DNA of 32,000 nucleotides from Candidatus Saccharimonadota bacterium (GCF_047555085.1 NZ_CP180230.1:510001-542000); one strand, 5' to 3'. Positions 8,788 through 17,421 are shown, numbered from the stretch's first letter. The notes: generated by a model not told the origin, from the letters alone. Program-made: numbers and translations.

Positions 8788-9369
8788 ATGCCAGCCTGGG
8801 AGACTATTCTTCACGACGAATCTATAGACATAAATCACGAGCTTGAAAGAGAAGGTTTTGCACCGGGAGTAACTGTAGAGGCTCCTCCCGGCTTCGGAAG
8901 AAGTGAATACGAGGAAATGGTAGAACAGCTCTGGAGCGACGGCGATATAGAGGCCATGACGGTGCTCGACCGGTCACTGGATTTTATGGACGAGGCCTCA
9001 GCAGCCACCAAGGAAAGTCTTCAGGCAATCTATGATACAACAGCTTCAGGGGATTTCGATGGAGAGGAATACGCACTCGGCGTCTTCGGAACAGGTCTAG
9101 GCCTCGCAGGGATCGGCATGTCTGTAGCAGCTTTACCCGTGATAAAGGCCGGTAAAGCAGCATCAAAAAATATACAGAATCCTCTTTACACGTCCTCCGA
9201 CGTTCTATACGATGAAGAAAGGGATATAGGAGAACAGGAGGTCGCAAGAGTTTTCTACACTGAAGACAGCGACGGCCGTTACCTGAAATTTACAGGTCCT
9301 CTGGAAAGAGGCCCGGATTCAGATGTAGTTCAGGAAGGTATCGAGTATCTTGAAGATTTCAGCGTCTAG
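8788..9369 (+). CDS. hypothetical protein with one central hydrophobic helix
   Basis: 193 aa acidic ORF with the Gly-rich hydrophobic segment GVFGTGLGLAGIGMSVAALPVI. Its stop shares the CTAG at 9366-9369 with the convergent gene. Confidence 0.55.
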   Translation: MPAWETILHDESIDINHELEREGFAPGVTVEAPPGFGRSEYEEMVEQLWSDGDIEAMTVLDRSLDFMDEASAATKESLQAIYDTTASGDFDGEEYALGVFGTGLGLAGIGMSVAALPVIKAGKAASKNIQNPLYTSSDVLYDEERDIGEQEVARVFYTEDSDGRYLKFTGPLERGPDSDVVQEGIEYLEDFSV

Positions 9370-9947
9370 AGAAAATCCTGGAAAGGAGCTTTCGCAGTTT
9401 TCTCCAGTCTTTCAGGAGTGCTTCTGTCCCACTCTCTCATATCTCTGTAGGCCTCTTGATCGTAAGGCTCCCCGACAGGATCGAAGAACTTGAACGTCTC
9501 ACCGTCGTAAAGTATATTGTTCGTCAAGTCCCCGTGCACCGCACCTTCCCTATGGATTTTATCGACTGTTTCACGGATCTCATCGACCAGTCTGAGGCCT
9601 TCCATTATCTCACCTCTCTCCGTCAGATCCAGGAGATAATCCTTCAGTAACTCTCCGTCAAAACGCTCCATGTAGAAACCAGCCATCCTTTTCTCCCCAT
9701 CCACATCCCTGTATACAGGCATCAGCGGCTCGACAACGTGTTCCGGACAGGCCTCGTAAAGCTTCTCCAGTTGATTGAACTCTCTTTCGATCTCATCGTA
9801 TCTTTCTCCGGCTCTGATGACGTTCCTGTTCCTCTCCTCGCCGAAGCTGAAGCTTCCATCATGCTTGAAAAACTCCTCCGCCATATCAAGCCAGTCAAAG
9901 GCCTCAGGATCCAGATCCATTATCTCCATGTAATCGTTTTCAGTCAA
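9366..9947 (-). CDS. small protein-kinase-like fold protein (RIO/Bud32-like motifs)
   Basis: 193 aa. GFYMERFDGELLKDYL (hinge-like) and AVHGDLTNNILYDGETFKFFDPVG (catalytic loop plus metal-binding Asp). The TTG start at 9947 is preceded by GAGGTGG at a 7 nt spacing. Confidence 0.55.
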   Translation of the reverse strand: MTENDYMEIMDLDPEAFDWLDMAEEFFKHDGSFSFGEERNRNVIRAGERYDEIEREFNQLEKLYEACPEHVVEPLMPVYRDVDGEKRMAGFYMERFDGELLKDYLLDLTERGEIMEGLRLVDEIRETVDKIHREGAVHGDLTNNILYDGETFKFFDPVGEPYDQEAYRDMREWDRSTPERLEKTAKAPFQDFL

Positions 9948-9961
9948 ATTTTTCCACCTCG

Positions 9962-10441
9962 TTATACAAACTCCAGATCGTTGTTATCATCTCTCTGCAG
10001 AGGCCTTTCAGGAAACACCACGCCTCTCCGTACATCTATATCGACATCCTCTTTCTCTGCAACGTACTCTATTATCTGTACCGCCTGTCCCTGACAGAGA
10101 TTATGAATCTCCCCGGAAACAGTCACAGCCTCCTCGTCCAGGCCTCTGACAACGTCTATGAACTCATCCGCGTTATCGTACTTCAGCTTGGCCTCTCCCT
10201 GAACTGTCTCAAACCAGTGATCAACTTCCTCAGATAGGCCTCCAAGATAATCTCTGGAGTACTCCGTCCCTGTCTCCTCCATCACCGCTATATCTGCATC
10301 TGACTCGAGGTCCTTCTCGAACTCTCCGAAAAATTCGTGGTTGTGCCGGAAGTAATCCTCAGGCCTCAGGCCTAGCTCCTGGTACTCATCGCTCTCAAAA
10401 GCGTATCCTGGGTGTACAGCCAGGTAAAGAGAGGAGTCCAT
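9962..10441 (-). CDS. acidic hypothetical protein
   Basis: 159 aa ORF lying 14 nt upstream of, and on the same strand as, the kinase-like gene 9366-9947, so it is probably co-transcribed. Confidence 0.6.
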   Translation of the reverse strand: MDSSLYLAVHPGYAFESDEYQELGLRPEDYFRHNHEFFGEFEKDLESDADIAVMEETGTEYSRDYLGGLSEEVDHWFETVQGEAKLKYDNADEFIDVVRGLDEEAVTVSGEIHNLCQGQAVQIIEYVAEKEDVDIDVRRGVVFPERPLQRDDNNDLEFV

Positions 10442-10528
10442 TAAACAATAAATACACAGATCAAATTTTTATAATTTATCAGTAACAACAAACTTTATGG
10501 TGTGTTTTCTGGGAATTGAGGCGGTGCT

Positions 10529-11089
10529 ATGGATCGGACTCTGAAAGACATACTGATGGAGCATGGTCCTTCTGGAAACGTCGAATCGGGAAGAAACTGC
10601 AGCGTTTACAGGCTTGAAGACTCGTATGTCAAGCTCGCCGACGACGTGACTGTTGACACAGTAGAGATGTATATGGACGCCCTTGATGCGACAGGGATAG
10701 CCTATCCGGATACCGAGGTATGGCAACAGGACATACCGTACTACGGCCTCGGCGAAACAACAGTAGTCCACCAGGACGCAGCTGAACCCGCCCTCGAAGA
10801 ATTAATCGCAGAACCAGAAAGATATATCAACAGGATACGTGAGATAGGCCTCAGAGCAGCGTCAAACGATATAAAAATTGATCTAGGCCTTGACAATCTC
10901 GCTTTTATAGAAGGGGAACTCGGCATAGTTGATTTCAACGATCAGGAAGCACTCTGGCTCGATGAAGATCTGGCTCTACACCTGATGGGATCACATCTCC
11001 TGAACAGCGTCAACAAGATGGAACGCGAACAAGGCCTCTACAGCCCTGAACTATATGAACTTGCACATAACTGGAAAAAATCCGTATAA
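10529..11089 (+). CDS. small protein-kinase-like fold protein (divergent)
   Basis: 186 aa. SNDIKIDLGLDNLAFIEGELGIVDFND resembles a D-L-x-x-x-N catalytic loop followed by a DF(N) metal-binding motif. It is divergently oriented to the 9366-10441 pair. Confidence 0.5.
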   Translation: MDRTLKDILMEHGPSGNVESGRNCSVYRLEDSYVKLADDVTVDTVEMYMDALDATGIAYPDTEVWQQDIPYYGLGETTVVHQDAAEPALEELIAEPERYINRIREIGLRAASNDIKIDLGLDNLAFIEGELGIVDFNDQEALWLDEDLALHLMGSHLLNSVNKMEREQGLYSPELYELAHNWKKSV

Positions 11090-11233
11090 CCAACACAACA
11101 ATTAAGAGAACGGATGAGGCCTCATCAATCGCTGACGGCCCGCTTATACTGGAAAGAATTCCTCTAGAAGTCGCATTCGTCTTCAAAGCCGGTACACAGT
11201 AAGACATCAAGATAGAAAAAAGAAAAAAGAGGC

Positions 11234-11890
11234 CTAGAATCCCAGCTTCTCTTTGACCAGGATTACGGTGGTCCTGTCGCCGCTTTCTGCATGGTAGAGG
11301 AATTCTTTCGCAACAGCGCTTTCCACACCGTACTCTTCCTGTGCTCGCTCGTTCTCGAACTCGTATGCGTACTCCCAGAGCCTGTCACGGGCCTCTTCAA
11401 TATCCTTGACAATCTTGTTGACTCCTGTCACGATGATGACGTTTCCGGCTGCGAAAGGATATGCCCCGATCCGACTTCCGGAAAGATCAGCCGCGACAAG
11501 AGAGCCGTCTTCACGCGCAACTCCGTTAACGCTTCCAAGGAAGTAATCCGCTGTCGTGGCTTTTCTTCTCTCCTCGTTTCTTTTCTCATCGTCGTCGATC
11601 GACCAGATCTTGCCTGGCAGACTCTCCCAATCGTGATCGCCCTCGTTCAGGTACTCCATGAATCCAATCTCTTCAAGAGTCGTGGAGTGACCGTTCATGA
11701 CAGAGGCCTCTTCCGGAATTTTTCCCTTGATCTCCTCCAGAGCTTCATCACTAGAATCAACTACTTTTACATCGAATCCGTTGGCTTCGAGGTTTTCTAC
11801 CGCTTCCTCGATCTCGTCCTCGGAAGCCTCTGAATCAAATTTTTCGTGGTCTACATCGACATCTTCCATGAAATCCTCCTTAGTATACAT
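11234..11890 (-). CDS. LUD domain (DUF162, lactate-utilisation LutC-like) protein
   Basis: 218 aa. The pattern ...ASVMNGHSTTLEEIG...ADYFLGSVNGVAREDGSLVAADLSGSRIGAY...NVIIVTGVNKIV...RTTVILV is typical of LUD-domain proteins. Confidence 0.7.
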   Translation of the reverse strand: MYTKEDFMEDVDVDHEKFDSEASEDEIEEAVENLEANGFDVKVVDSSDEALEEIKGKIPEEASVMNGHSTTLEEIGFMEYLNEGDHDWESLPGKIWSIDDDEKRNEERRKATTADYFLGSVNGVAREDGSLVAADLSGSRIGAYPFAAGNVIIVTGVNKIVKDIEEARDRLWEYAYEFENERAQEEYGVESAVAKEFLYHAESGDRTTVILVKEKLGF

Positions 11891-11996
11891 ATCGAAGAGA
11901 AACTCGAGAAAAGTTAAATGCGGAGAAGTAACAGATCAGTTACCGGACCAGTCAGCGCCATAAACTGATATAAATTTTTGTCACGCACCAGTACTT

Positions 11997-12800
11997 ATGA
12001 GCTCGGGCCCGGATGTGATGCAGTACGATTCAATTCAGGATCTTGAGGAAACTATAGAGCACGTCTACCACAAGGCAAATCGCCTGAACAAGGAAATGGA
12101 AATTTTTGTAGAACAGGCCCAAAGTTTTCTGGACTACAGCCATGATCTTGACATGCTGAAAGCCTCTGCAGAATACGTCGAGAGAAATTTGCCCGATGAG
12201 GCCTCTCCACGCTTCGTTCAGGAATATGCCAGAAAAGAGCTTGAGAATCCTGAGAGAGCTGAAAACTGGGATAGAATTCAGGAAGCACAGGATCTTACAG
12301 AAGGCCTTGTACAGCAGTTCACGGAGGCGTATGAAGGCCTTTGGAATGAGTTCGGATACAGCGATGAGAAGCTTCACGAAAAAATTGAGGGCCGTTTCCC
12401 TGTCCAGACTTTTCTGCGTGAATGGGAGGATAATCCTCACAGACTTTTCGAAAGTCAGGAAAGATACAGTAATGATAACAGATTAATTGATGAGGAAGTT
12501 TCCGGGCCTACTATGGCTCGTTACTTTGATATAGGCCGTGAAGAGCTTACTTCGAAGCAGAGAGACGATATGTTGCGTGGAGAAGAACTTGAAAGAGAAC
12601 TGAGTGACGATCACGGCCGGAGTTTTGAAGATGAAGACGAACACGGCTTCTGGAGAAATCACTTTATCAAGCAACATGACCGGGATAATCCAAGAAGCAA
12701 CTCAAGATGGGTCAACGCAGAACTCATGTTCCTGGAAAATACCATGGAAGGAACACCAGCACCGTTCAACAAAGACACAAGGGCCTCGGCTGAAAGATAG
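11997..12800 (+). CDS. acidic hypothetical protein
   Basis: 267 aa ORF with an ATG start downstream of GATATAAATTTTT. No family was recognised. Confidence 0.6.
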   Translation: MSSGPDVMQYDSIQDLEETIEHVYHKANRLNKEMEIFVEQAQSFLDYSHDLDMLKASAEYVERNLPDEASPRFVQEYARKELENPERAENWDRIQEAQDLTEGLVQQFTEAYEGLWNEFGYSDEKLHEKIEGRFPVQTFLREWEDNPHRLFESQERYSNDNRLIDEEVSGPTMARYFDIGREELTSKQRDDMLRGEELERELSDDHGRSFEDEDEHGFWRNHFIKQHDRDNPRSNSRWVNAELMFLENTMEGTPAPFNKDTRASAER

Positions 12801-12838
12801 AACATTCGAGAGATAAGACAGATTCAAGGCCTCCAATT

Positions 12839-13423
12839 TTATCTTGCAGGATTTCCTTCCTCTTCAAGAAGCTCCATTCCTTCCTGGAAGGATACATCGT
12901 CGTAGGCCTGTTCTATAGATTCTATGAAGTTTACAGTAGCTTCCTCTTCCTGCATAAGTTCCTCATACTGGTTTTCTACTTCCTGTGCATAATCAGTTTC
13001 CTGTACATGTTCGTGCACCTGTCTGGTGGCATCAAGGCCTTCCCAGATATTTTCCTGGATATCTTCGGCGAAGACAGGATAGTTTCCATCTCTGGATTCA
13101 GAAAGCTCGGATTCAACGTTTTCCACTGCGGTCCTGTGTTCGTACCACGTGGTCATCTGGCTGAAACGGGCCTCATTGTACTCATGGATAACATCCTCCA
13201 CCTGAGAGACATCCATACCCTGTCTGTCGGCCTCTATAAGCTCTCCAGCCGCTTCCAGAACATCCAGTGTATGATCAAAGAAATTTACTGCAGTGAAAGA
13301 GATAACATCTTTGCCGAATTCAGTTGGCACTTCACGTGATTCAGCAGAGGCCTCAGCCCTCCATTCTATAACATCATCTACGAAAGACTCGATTTCATCG
13401 ACATATCCGTCTATCGTCGACAT
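12839..13423 (-). CDS. acidic hypothetical protein
   Basis: The ORF track starts at GTG 13429, but ATG at 13423 (MSTIDGYVDE) is more likely. It is helical and acidic. Confidence 0.6.
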   Translation of the reverse strand: MSTIDGYVDEIESFVDDVIEWRAEASAESREVPTEFGKDVISFTAVNFFDHTLDVLEAAGELIEADRQGMDVSQVEDVIHEYNEARFSQMTTWYEHRTAVENVESELSESRDGNYPVFAEDIQENIWEGLDATRQVHEHVQETDYAQEVENQYEELMQEEEATVNFIESIEQAYDDVSFQEGMELLEEEGNPAR

Positions 13424-13543
13424 ATCCACCAGATAGTGATAAAAAATTAAAAATAGTTTCCAGAGAATCAGATCAAAAGGGGAAAATCCGGACTCAGCGA
13501 TTTATAATTTTTCTAGCGAAAACAGGGCTTAAGGAGGAAAGTA

Positions 13544-14221
13544 ATGATCAAGATTATAGGAACTAACCACGAGGAGTTCAGAAGGAAAGATTTCGATATA
13601 GAGAACCGACACAGACTAGAGCATTTCGACAAGATTTTTACAGAAGGCTTCTCACAGGAAGGATTTCAGGAACTTATAGAGTTCACCCTTCTCGGGCTTC
13701 CGGCAGACCCTGAGCTGCATGCCGACGTACGTGAAACTATGCAGAGAGGCCCCGAGCCAGTAAAATTTGATACTGTAGACGAAGAAGTTATCTATCTGGA
13801 TGATGAAGTCAGTGAAGAAGTACTTGAGGGAATGGAAAGAGGCTCAAGTGAAGAGCCAGGAGACGGCGATGCGTATCCGCTGGAGTTTCTGGGGGAAATA
13901 ATTGCAGACGGCCAGGAAAGTAGAGAGGACTACATCGATTTCATGCGAAAAATCAGGGACATGGACTTCGAGGAAGACGGCGGATACTCCTCCTATGCTG
14001 CTTTAAGCCGAGAAGGATTCGACGCGTTAATGAGAGATTTTGGAGCTATCATGGAACATGACGTCGATCCCAGGAAAATCGATGAAGACATGGATATCGA
14101 AGAGGCCTTTCACAGAGGCCTGGAAAGATACGATATAACTCTGGAAGACTATGTTGGTGTACAGGCAGAGGCCCGGGAAGACTTCAGGATCAGAGAGATC
14201 AGGAATGGTACGAACAGATAG
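13544..14221 (+). CDS. TraB/GumN/ChaN-like protein, N-terminal part (apparently interrupted by a -1 frameshift)
   Basis: A strong SD (AAGGAGG) lies 6 nt before the ATG. The N-terminus IKIIGTNHEE ... IFTEG resembles the GTxH ... E motifs of the TraB/GumN superfamily. The frame ends in a tandem TAG TAG. Confidence 0.6.
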   Translation: MIKIIGTNHEEFRRKDFDIENRHRLEHFDKIFTEGFSQEGFQELIEFTLLGLPADPELHADVRETMQRGPEPVKFDTVDEEVIYLDDEVSEEVLEGMERGSSEEPGDGDAYPLEFLGEIIADGQESREDYIDFMRKIRDMDFEEDGGYSSYAALSREGFDALMRDFGAIMEHDVDPRKIDEDMDIEEAFHRGLERYDITLEDYVGVQAEAREDFRIREIRNGTNR

Positions 14222-14358
14222 TAGGCCAGATTGATGAAGACGACAACGTCCTTGTCGTGACAGGGATTCAGCACGCACTTGATGCCGATGGAACGCTTGC
14301 AGGCCTGCTCTCACAAGAATACGATGTCAATGTAGCTCCGTATCACAACGACTGGTAA
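14203..14358 (+). CDS. 3' continuation of the TraB/GumN-like gene in the -1 frame
   Basis: The -1 frame is open from 14086 to 14358 and reads ...EWYEQIVGQIDEDDNVLVVTGIQHALDADGTLAGLLSQEYDVNVAPYHNDW. This is acidic like real proteins here and resembles the C-terminal VVxGxxH motif of the family. A T6 run follows its stop. Confidence 0.5.
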   Translation, partial: EWYEQIVGQIDEDDNVLVVTGIQHALDADGTLAGLLSQEYDVNVAPYHNDW

Positions 14359-14432
14359 TTTTTTCACTTCTGGACAGGGAAAAAGACTTGAGTTAAGTAC
14401 TTATAGATTCTCAGCGTACTGGAACAGTTGCT

Positions 14433-15038
14433 ATGAGAAAACTTGCAATACTAATGACGCTCGTACTGGCAATGAGTACCGCAGCCCTTGCAAACCCGAT
14501 TTTCGAGGCTCGAGGAGCTGAAGCCAGCAACGCACTTTACCAGGAGAGATCCAGTGCTGCATGTCCGGATGAGGTATCGGAAGACGTATGCATCAAGCCG
14601 ATCAGACTTGAACTAGTCGTCCAGACATGGGTAGACCCTGACAGCGATGGAGATGGAATCCTTACTCTGGAAAGTACAGAGACACTATCCTCGAACAGAG
14701 GACAGGTAACTGCAGCAGTAACTTCTCCAGAAAAGAAGCCGAAGTTCAAGGCCGGAGCAGAACTCTCCAAGATCAGTTCCATGCACGTCGGAGATCTTGA
14801 CGGCGACGGATACGGAGATATAGCTCTCAGCATCAGACAGGAAGAACTGAACAACAAGAACAGCTACAGAGTTACAGCGACATCCCTTGAAGACTGGAGA
14901 CTACCTGCCAGAGTCGAGCCGATGAACAAGGCAGAACTCATCGAGGCAATGGCCTCTGAATCAGGCCTGTCTAAAGCCGACGCCAAGAGATGCCTGGAAG
15001 ACGTAACAGGAGAGATAATACTTGGAGAAGACCGCTGA
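14433..15038 (+). CDS. secreted protein with DxDGDG (FG-GAP/VCBS-like) motifs and a C-terminal HU/IHF-like N-terminal-helix fragment
   Basis: Signal peptide MRKLAILMTLVLAMSTAALA, then DPDSDGDGILT and GDLDGDGYGDIAL. The last 38 aa, MNKAELIEAMASESGLSKADAKRCLEDVTGEI, closely follow the HU N-terminus pattern MNKxELIxxxAxxxGLSKxDAxxxxxxxxxxI. Confidence 0.65.
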   Translation: MRKLAILMTLVLAMSTAALANPIFEARGAEASNALYQERSSAACPDEVSEDVCIKPIRLELVVQTWVDPDSDGDGILTLESTETLSSNRGQVTAAVTSPEKKPKFKAGAELSKISSMHVGDLDGDGYGDIALSIRQEELNNKNSYRVTATSLEDWRLPARVEPMNKAELIEAMASESGLSKADAKRCLEDVTGEIILGEDR

Positions 15039-15055
15039 GGCCTCCCTTTTACTTT

Positions 15056-15532
15056 TTATTTTTCCTTGCTGATCTCCTCTAATTCTTCCAGTAAGTCCTT
15101 AATACTCATCTGGTTTCTGTTATCTTTTCCAAGACTCTCGCTCATCTTTCTGGCGTTATTAAGTCGTTTTTCAGCTTCTCTGACGTTTATATTTGCCCTG
15201 TTGATTTTTGACTCATCAGAACATTCCTCGATGAGTCTCTTGATCCTGGATTCCAGCTGATTTGCCATACTCTCTACATCTTCAGGCACATCTCCAAACA
15301 TGGAAAGTATCTGAACCTGTGTAGCAAGCTCCCAGTACTCCAGAGAAGCCACAACAGCTTCGTCACATGCGTCAGCATCCTCCATCATGTTCTCCTGGCG
15401 GACTTCCTTCCTGTTAACATCTTTTTCCTCTTTCTGGGCAACACCAAGATCCTCAAGTAGTGTATATTCTAACTCTTCACGCATCTCATCCAGAAGCTGC
15501 TGAAGCTTCTCAGTAAAATCATCATTAGGCAT
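15056..15532 (-). CDS. acidic coiled-coil hypothetical protein
   Basis: 158 aa ORF with an ATG start and a helical, charged composition. Confidence 0.6.
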   Translation of the reverse strand: MPNDDFTEKLQQLLDEMREELEYTLLEDLGVAQKEEKDVNRKEVRQENMMEDADACDEAVVASLEYWELATQVQILSMFGDVPEDVESMANQLESRIKRLIEECSDESKINRANINVREAEKRLNNARKMSESLGKDNRNQMSIKDLLEELEEISKEK

Positions 15533-15644
15533 AAGAAATCTTGATCATTGTTACAATAAAAAACTAAGTCAGGCCTCTACACGTCTCAAGACTGCATTGC
15601 AGCAGTTTTTATATCCCTCTAGACAGAAAACAAGATTACAGGAA

Positions 15645-17075
15645 ATGAACTCGGATAAGAAAGATTTTGATCCCGACGAACTGATATCTCAAACAATCAG
15701 ATTTCTGGAACGGAAAAAGAAGGAATACGTCGAAACAGTGATAGAGGAGACTGAAGAGGCCCCTCACACCAATCCCAATTATGCGGACATAGATGTCTAT
15801 ATCGGCTCAAATAGCTATTATAATACGATCCGAGAGGCCGTCCACGATATGGATCTTGGAGTGGAATCGTACGATGATCTCAGTTACTCGAATTTTCTGG
15901 CGGTAATGATGAGACATTATCTCATGCAGAGACTTGGAGATACGGATATCAGGCTCTGGACAGAGCAAGATCAGGCCTACTATCCTATGCCTCATCTTAT
16001 CAAGAAACTGGATGAGCAAGGAGTTGACTGGATGGATACAGATGATGACTGGGCTATTGGACGCGGAGGAAAGACCGGTGTCTGGATGTACTTTTTCCCG
16101 GAGGAAGAAGTGGATAGTCTAGTCAGGAAAATCAAGTTAGATATCGCAGAAAGAGGGAGCTGTCCGCAGGAATTCAGAGAGGCCTTGAGCGAGTTCCCGA
16201 AAGTATTGAACAATCACTCTATGCATGGACGTAGAGACTGGAATTCTTTCCATGCAACGCTTAACCACGAGTTCACGCATAACTATCTGCATCGTAACTC
16301 AACTGCGAAAAAACTTGGTATGGAGTTCATCGACAGCCTGGATGAAGCGACCTGCCAGTTCATCAGCAAGTACATCCGTATGAAGCAAAAAACTAACAGG
16401 GAATCAGCTCTGAACTTCCACAGTTCTCCCGATTCATACGGTGCTTACGGCAATCCCGAGGAGGTACATTACTTCGTCGAGATAATAAGAGAAAACGTAC
16501 GGTACGCCCGGGAAAACGAGGCCCGTCTCAACGTCATCGATCACGTCAGGCAGAATACTTTGAGATTCTTCCAGGACGGAGGAGAAAAGGAAGACTTCCT
16601 GAAACAGCTTACACCGCAGAACTTCCAGATCCCTATCCACAGACTTGAAAGAGCGGACGAGGGAATCAGCCACAAACTGGAGAGGATGAAAGAAGACCTC
16701 CAGTACATACAGAGAAATATCCGGGACGAACCTGAAAACGTGAAACAGGAATTCGAGGAGATAAAACAGGATTTCAGCCAGATAAAAAGCCCTCAACAGA
16801 TCAAAAAAGAAGTGATGGAACAGGCCTACCACAAAATGATCGAAGAACAGAAAGACTACGTCTTCCTCGGATCATTCATCGAAAAAGAACTGAAAAAAGA
16901 AATAGAAGAGTTCCTGGACTCCCAGCAACACATAAAACAGATGGAAAACATTCTGAACAAGAACAGAAGGATAGAAGACCAGATGAAGCGGCTTGAAGAC
17001 CTGAACAATCAGATACAGGCCTCTGAAGAAGAGTTCAAAAGCATACTTCAAGATCTGGAAAGACGGACAAGTTAA
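15645..17075 (+). CDS. putative zinc metallopeptidase-like protein (HExxH) with long C-terminal coiled coil
   Basis: HATLNHEFTHNYLH contains HEFTH, with Glu residues 15-22 aa downstream (gluzincin-like spacing). The C-terminal 150 aa are K/E/Q-rich heptad-like. ATG 15645 is preferred over TTG 15597. Confidence 0.55.
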   Translation: MNSDKKDFDPDELISQTIRFLERKKKEYVETVIEETEEAPHTNPNYADIDVYIGSNSYYNTIREAVHDMDLGVESYDDLSYSNFLAVMMRHYLMQRLGDTDIRLWTEQDQAYYPMPHLIKKLDEQGVDWMDTDDDWAIGRGGKTGVWMYFFPEEEVDSLVRKIKLDIAERGSCPQEFREALSEFPKVLNNHSMHGRRDWNSFHATLNHEFTHNYLHRNSTAKKLGMEFIDSLDEATCQFISKYIRMKQKTNRESALNFHSSPDSYGAYGNPEEVHYFVEIIRENVRYARENEARLNVIDHVRQNTLRFFQDGGEKEDFLKQLTPQNFQIPIHRLERADEGISHKLERMKEDLQYIQRNIRDEPENVKQEFEEIKQDFSQIKSPQQIKKEVMEQAYHKMIEEQKDYVFLGSFIEKELKKEIEEFLDSQQHIKQMENILNKNRRIEDQMKRLEDLNNQIQASEEEFKSILQDLERRTS

Positions 17076-17076
17076 A

Positions 17077-17421
17077 ATGGAACTGCGTTACATAATCATC
17101 AAAGTAAACGAGATGGACAGAGCGAAAAATTTCTACAGCGAATTGACAGGTAAAACGCCGGAGATGGACGGCAACAGGATGGCAAAATACAGATTCAACG
17201 GGATAAAAATAGGCCTCTACAATCCCGAAGCCGACGGAGAAAAATCTGAAGTACAGCGTGGAGACTCTGTAATACCTGCTTTCGGAGTAGAAAATTTCGA
17301 GGAAGCACTGGAAAAAGTCAGAGGCCTCACAGAAATCCGGGACGAAAAAGAAATAGATGGACACAGATGGTTCACTTTCAGAGATTCTGAAGGAAATCTC
17401 CTGGAGATACATGAACGCTGA
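17077..17421 (+). CDS. VOC family (glyoxalase/bleomycin-resistance/dioxygenase fold) protein
   Basis: 114 aa. The beginning LRYIIIKVNEMDRAKNFYSELTG and the end WFTFRDSEGNLLEIHE are classic VOC-module patterns. The start lies 1 nt after the upstream stop. Confidence 0.8.
   Translation: MELRYIIIKVNEMDRAKNFYSELTGKTPEMDGNRMAKYRFNGIKIGLYNPEADGEKSEVQRGDSVIPAFGVENFEEALEKVRGLTEIRDEKEIDGHRWFTFRDSEGNLLEIHER

Noticed and set aside
11090-11233. Possible small RNA (C/D-box-like) or terminator in the 144-bp convergent spacer, including the perfect palindrome GATGAGGCCTCATC at 11113-11126
   Set aside because: There is no proper C (RUGAUGA) plus D (CUGA) box pair with correct spacing. The palindrome is just an AGGCCT copy with 4 bp symmetric flanks and is not followed by a T-run. 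The 66 aa track ORF here is non-acidic.
11291-11963. 180 aa and 88 aa plus-strand ORFs opposite the LUD-domain gene
   Set aside because: They are antisense to a gene with a recognisable domain. They are rich in Cys, Leu, Ser and Arg, unlike the real proteins here. Long antisense ORFs are expected where the sense strand uses few codons whose complement is a stop.
12030-12816. Several 64-136 aa ORFs overlapping ORF 11997-12800 on both strands
   Set aside because: The same compositional argument applies. The long acidic sense ORF explains the open frames.
14219-14224. Tandem TAG TAG as stop-codon readthrough or pyrrolysine recoding
   Set aside because: The zero-frame continuation after the TAGs (ARLMKTTTSLS, then a stop) is short and not protein-like. 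The plausible continuation is in the -1 frame, which points to a frameshift rather than readthrough.
14027-14314. 95 aa minus-strand ORF across the end of the TraB/GumN-like gene
   Set aside because: It is basic and Arg/His-rich and lies antisense. The plus-strand -1 frame continuation gives a far more protein-like acidic sequence ending at a T-run.
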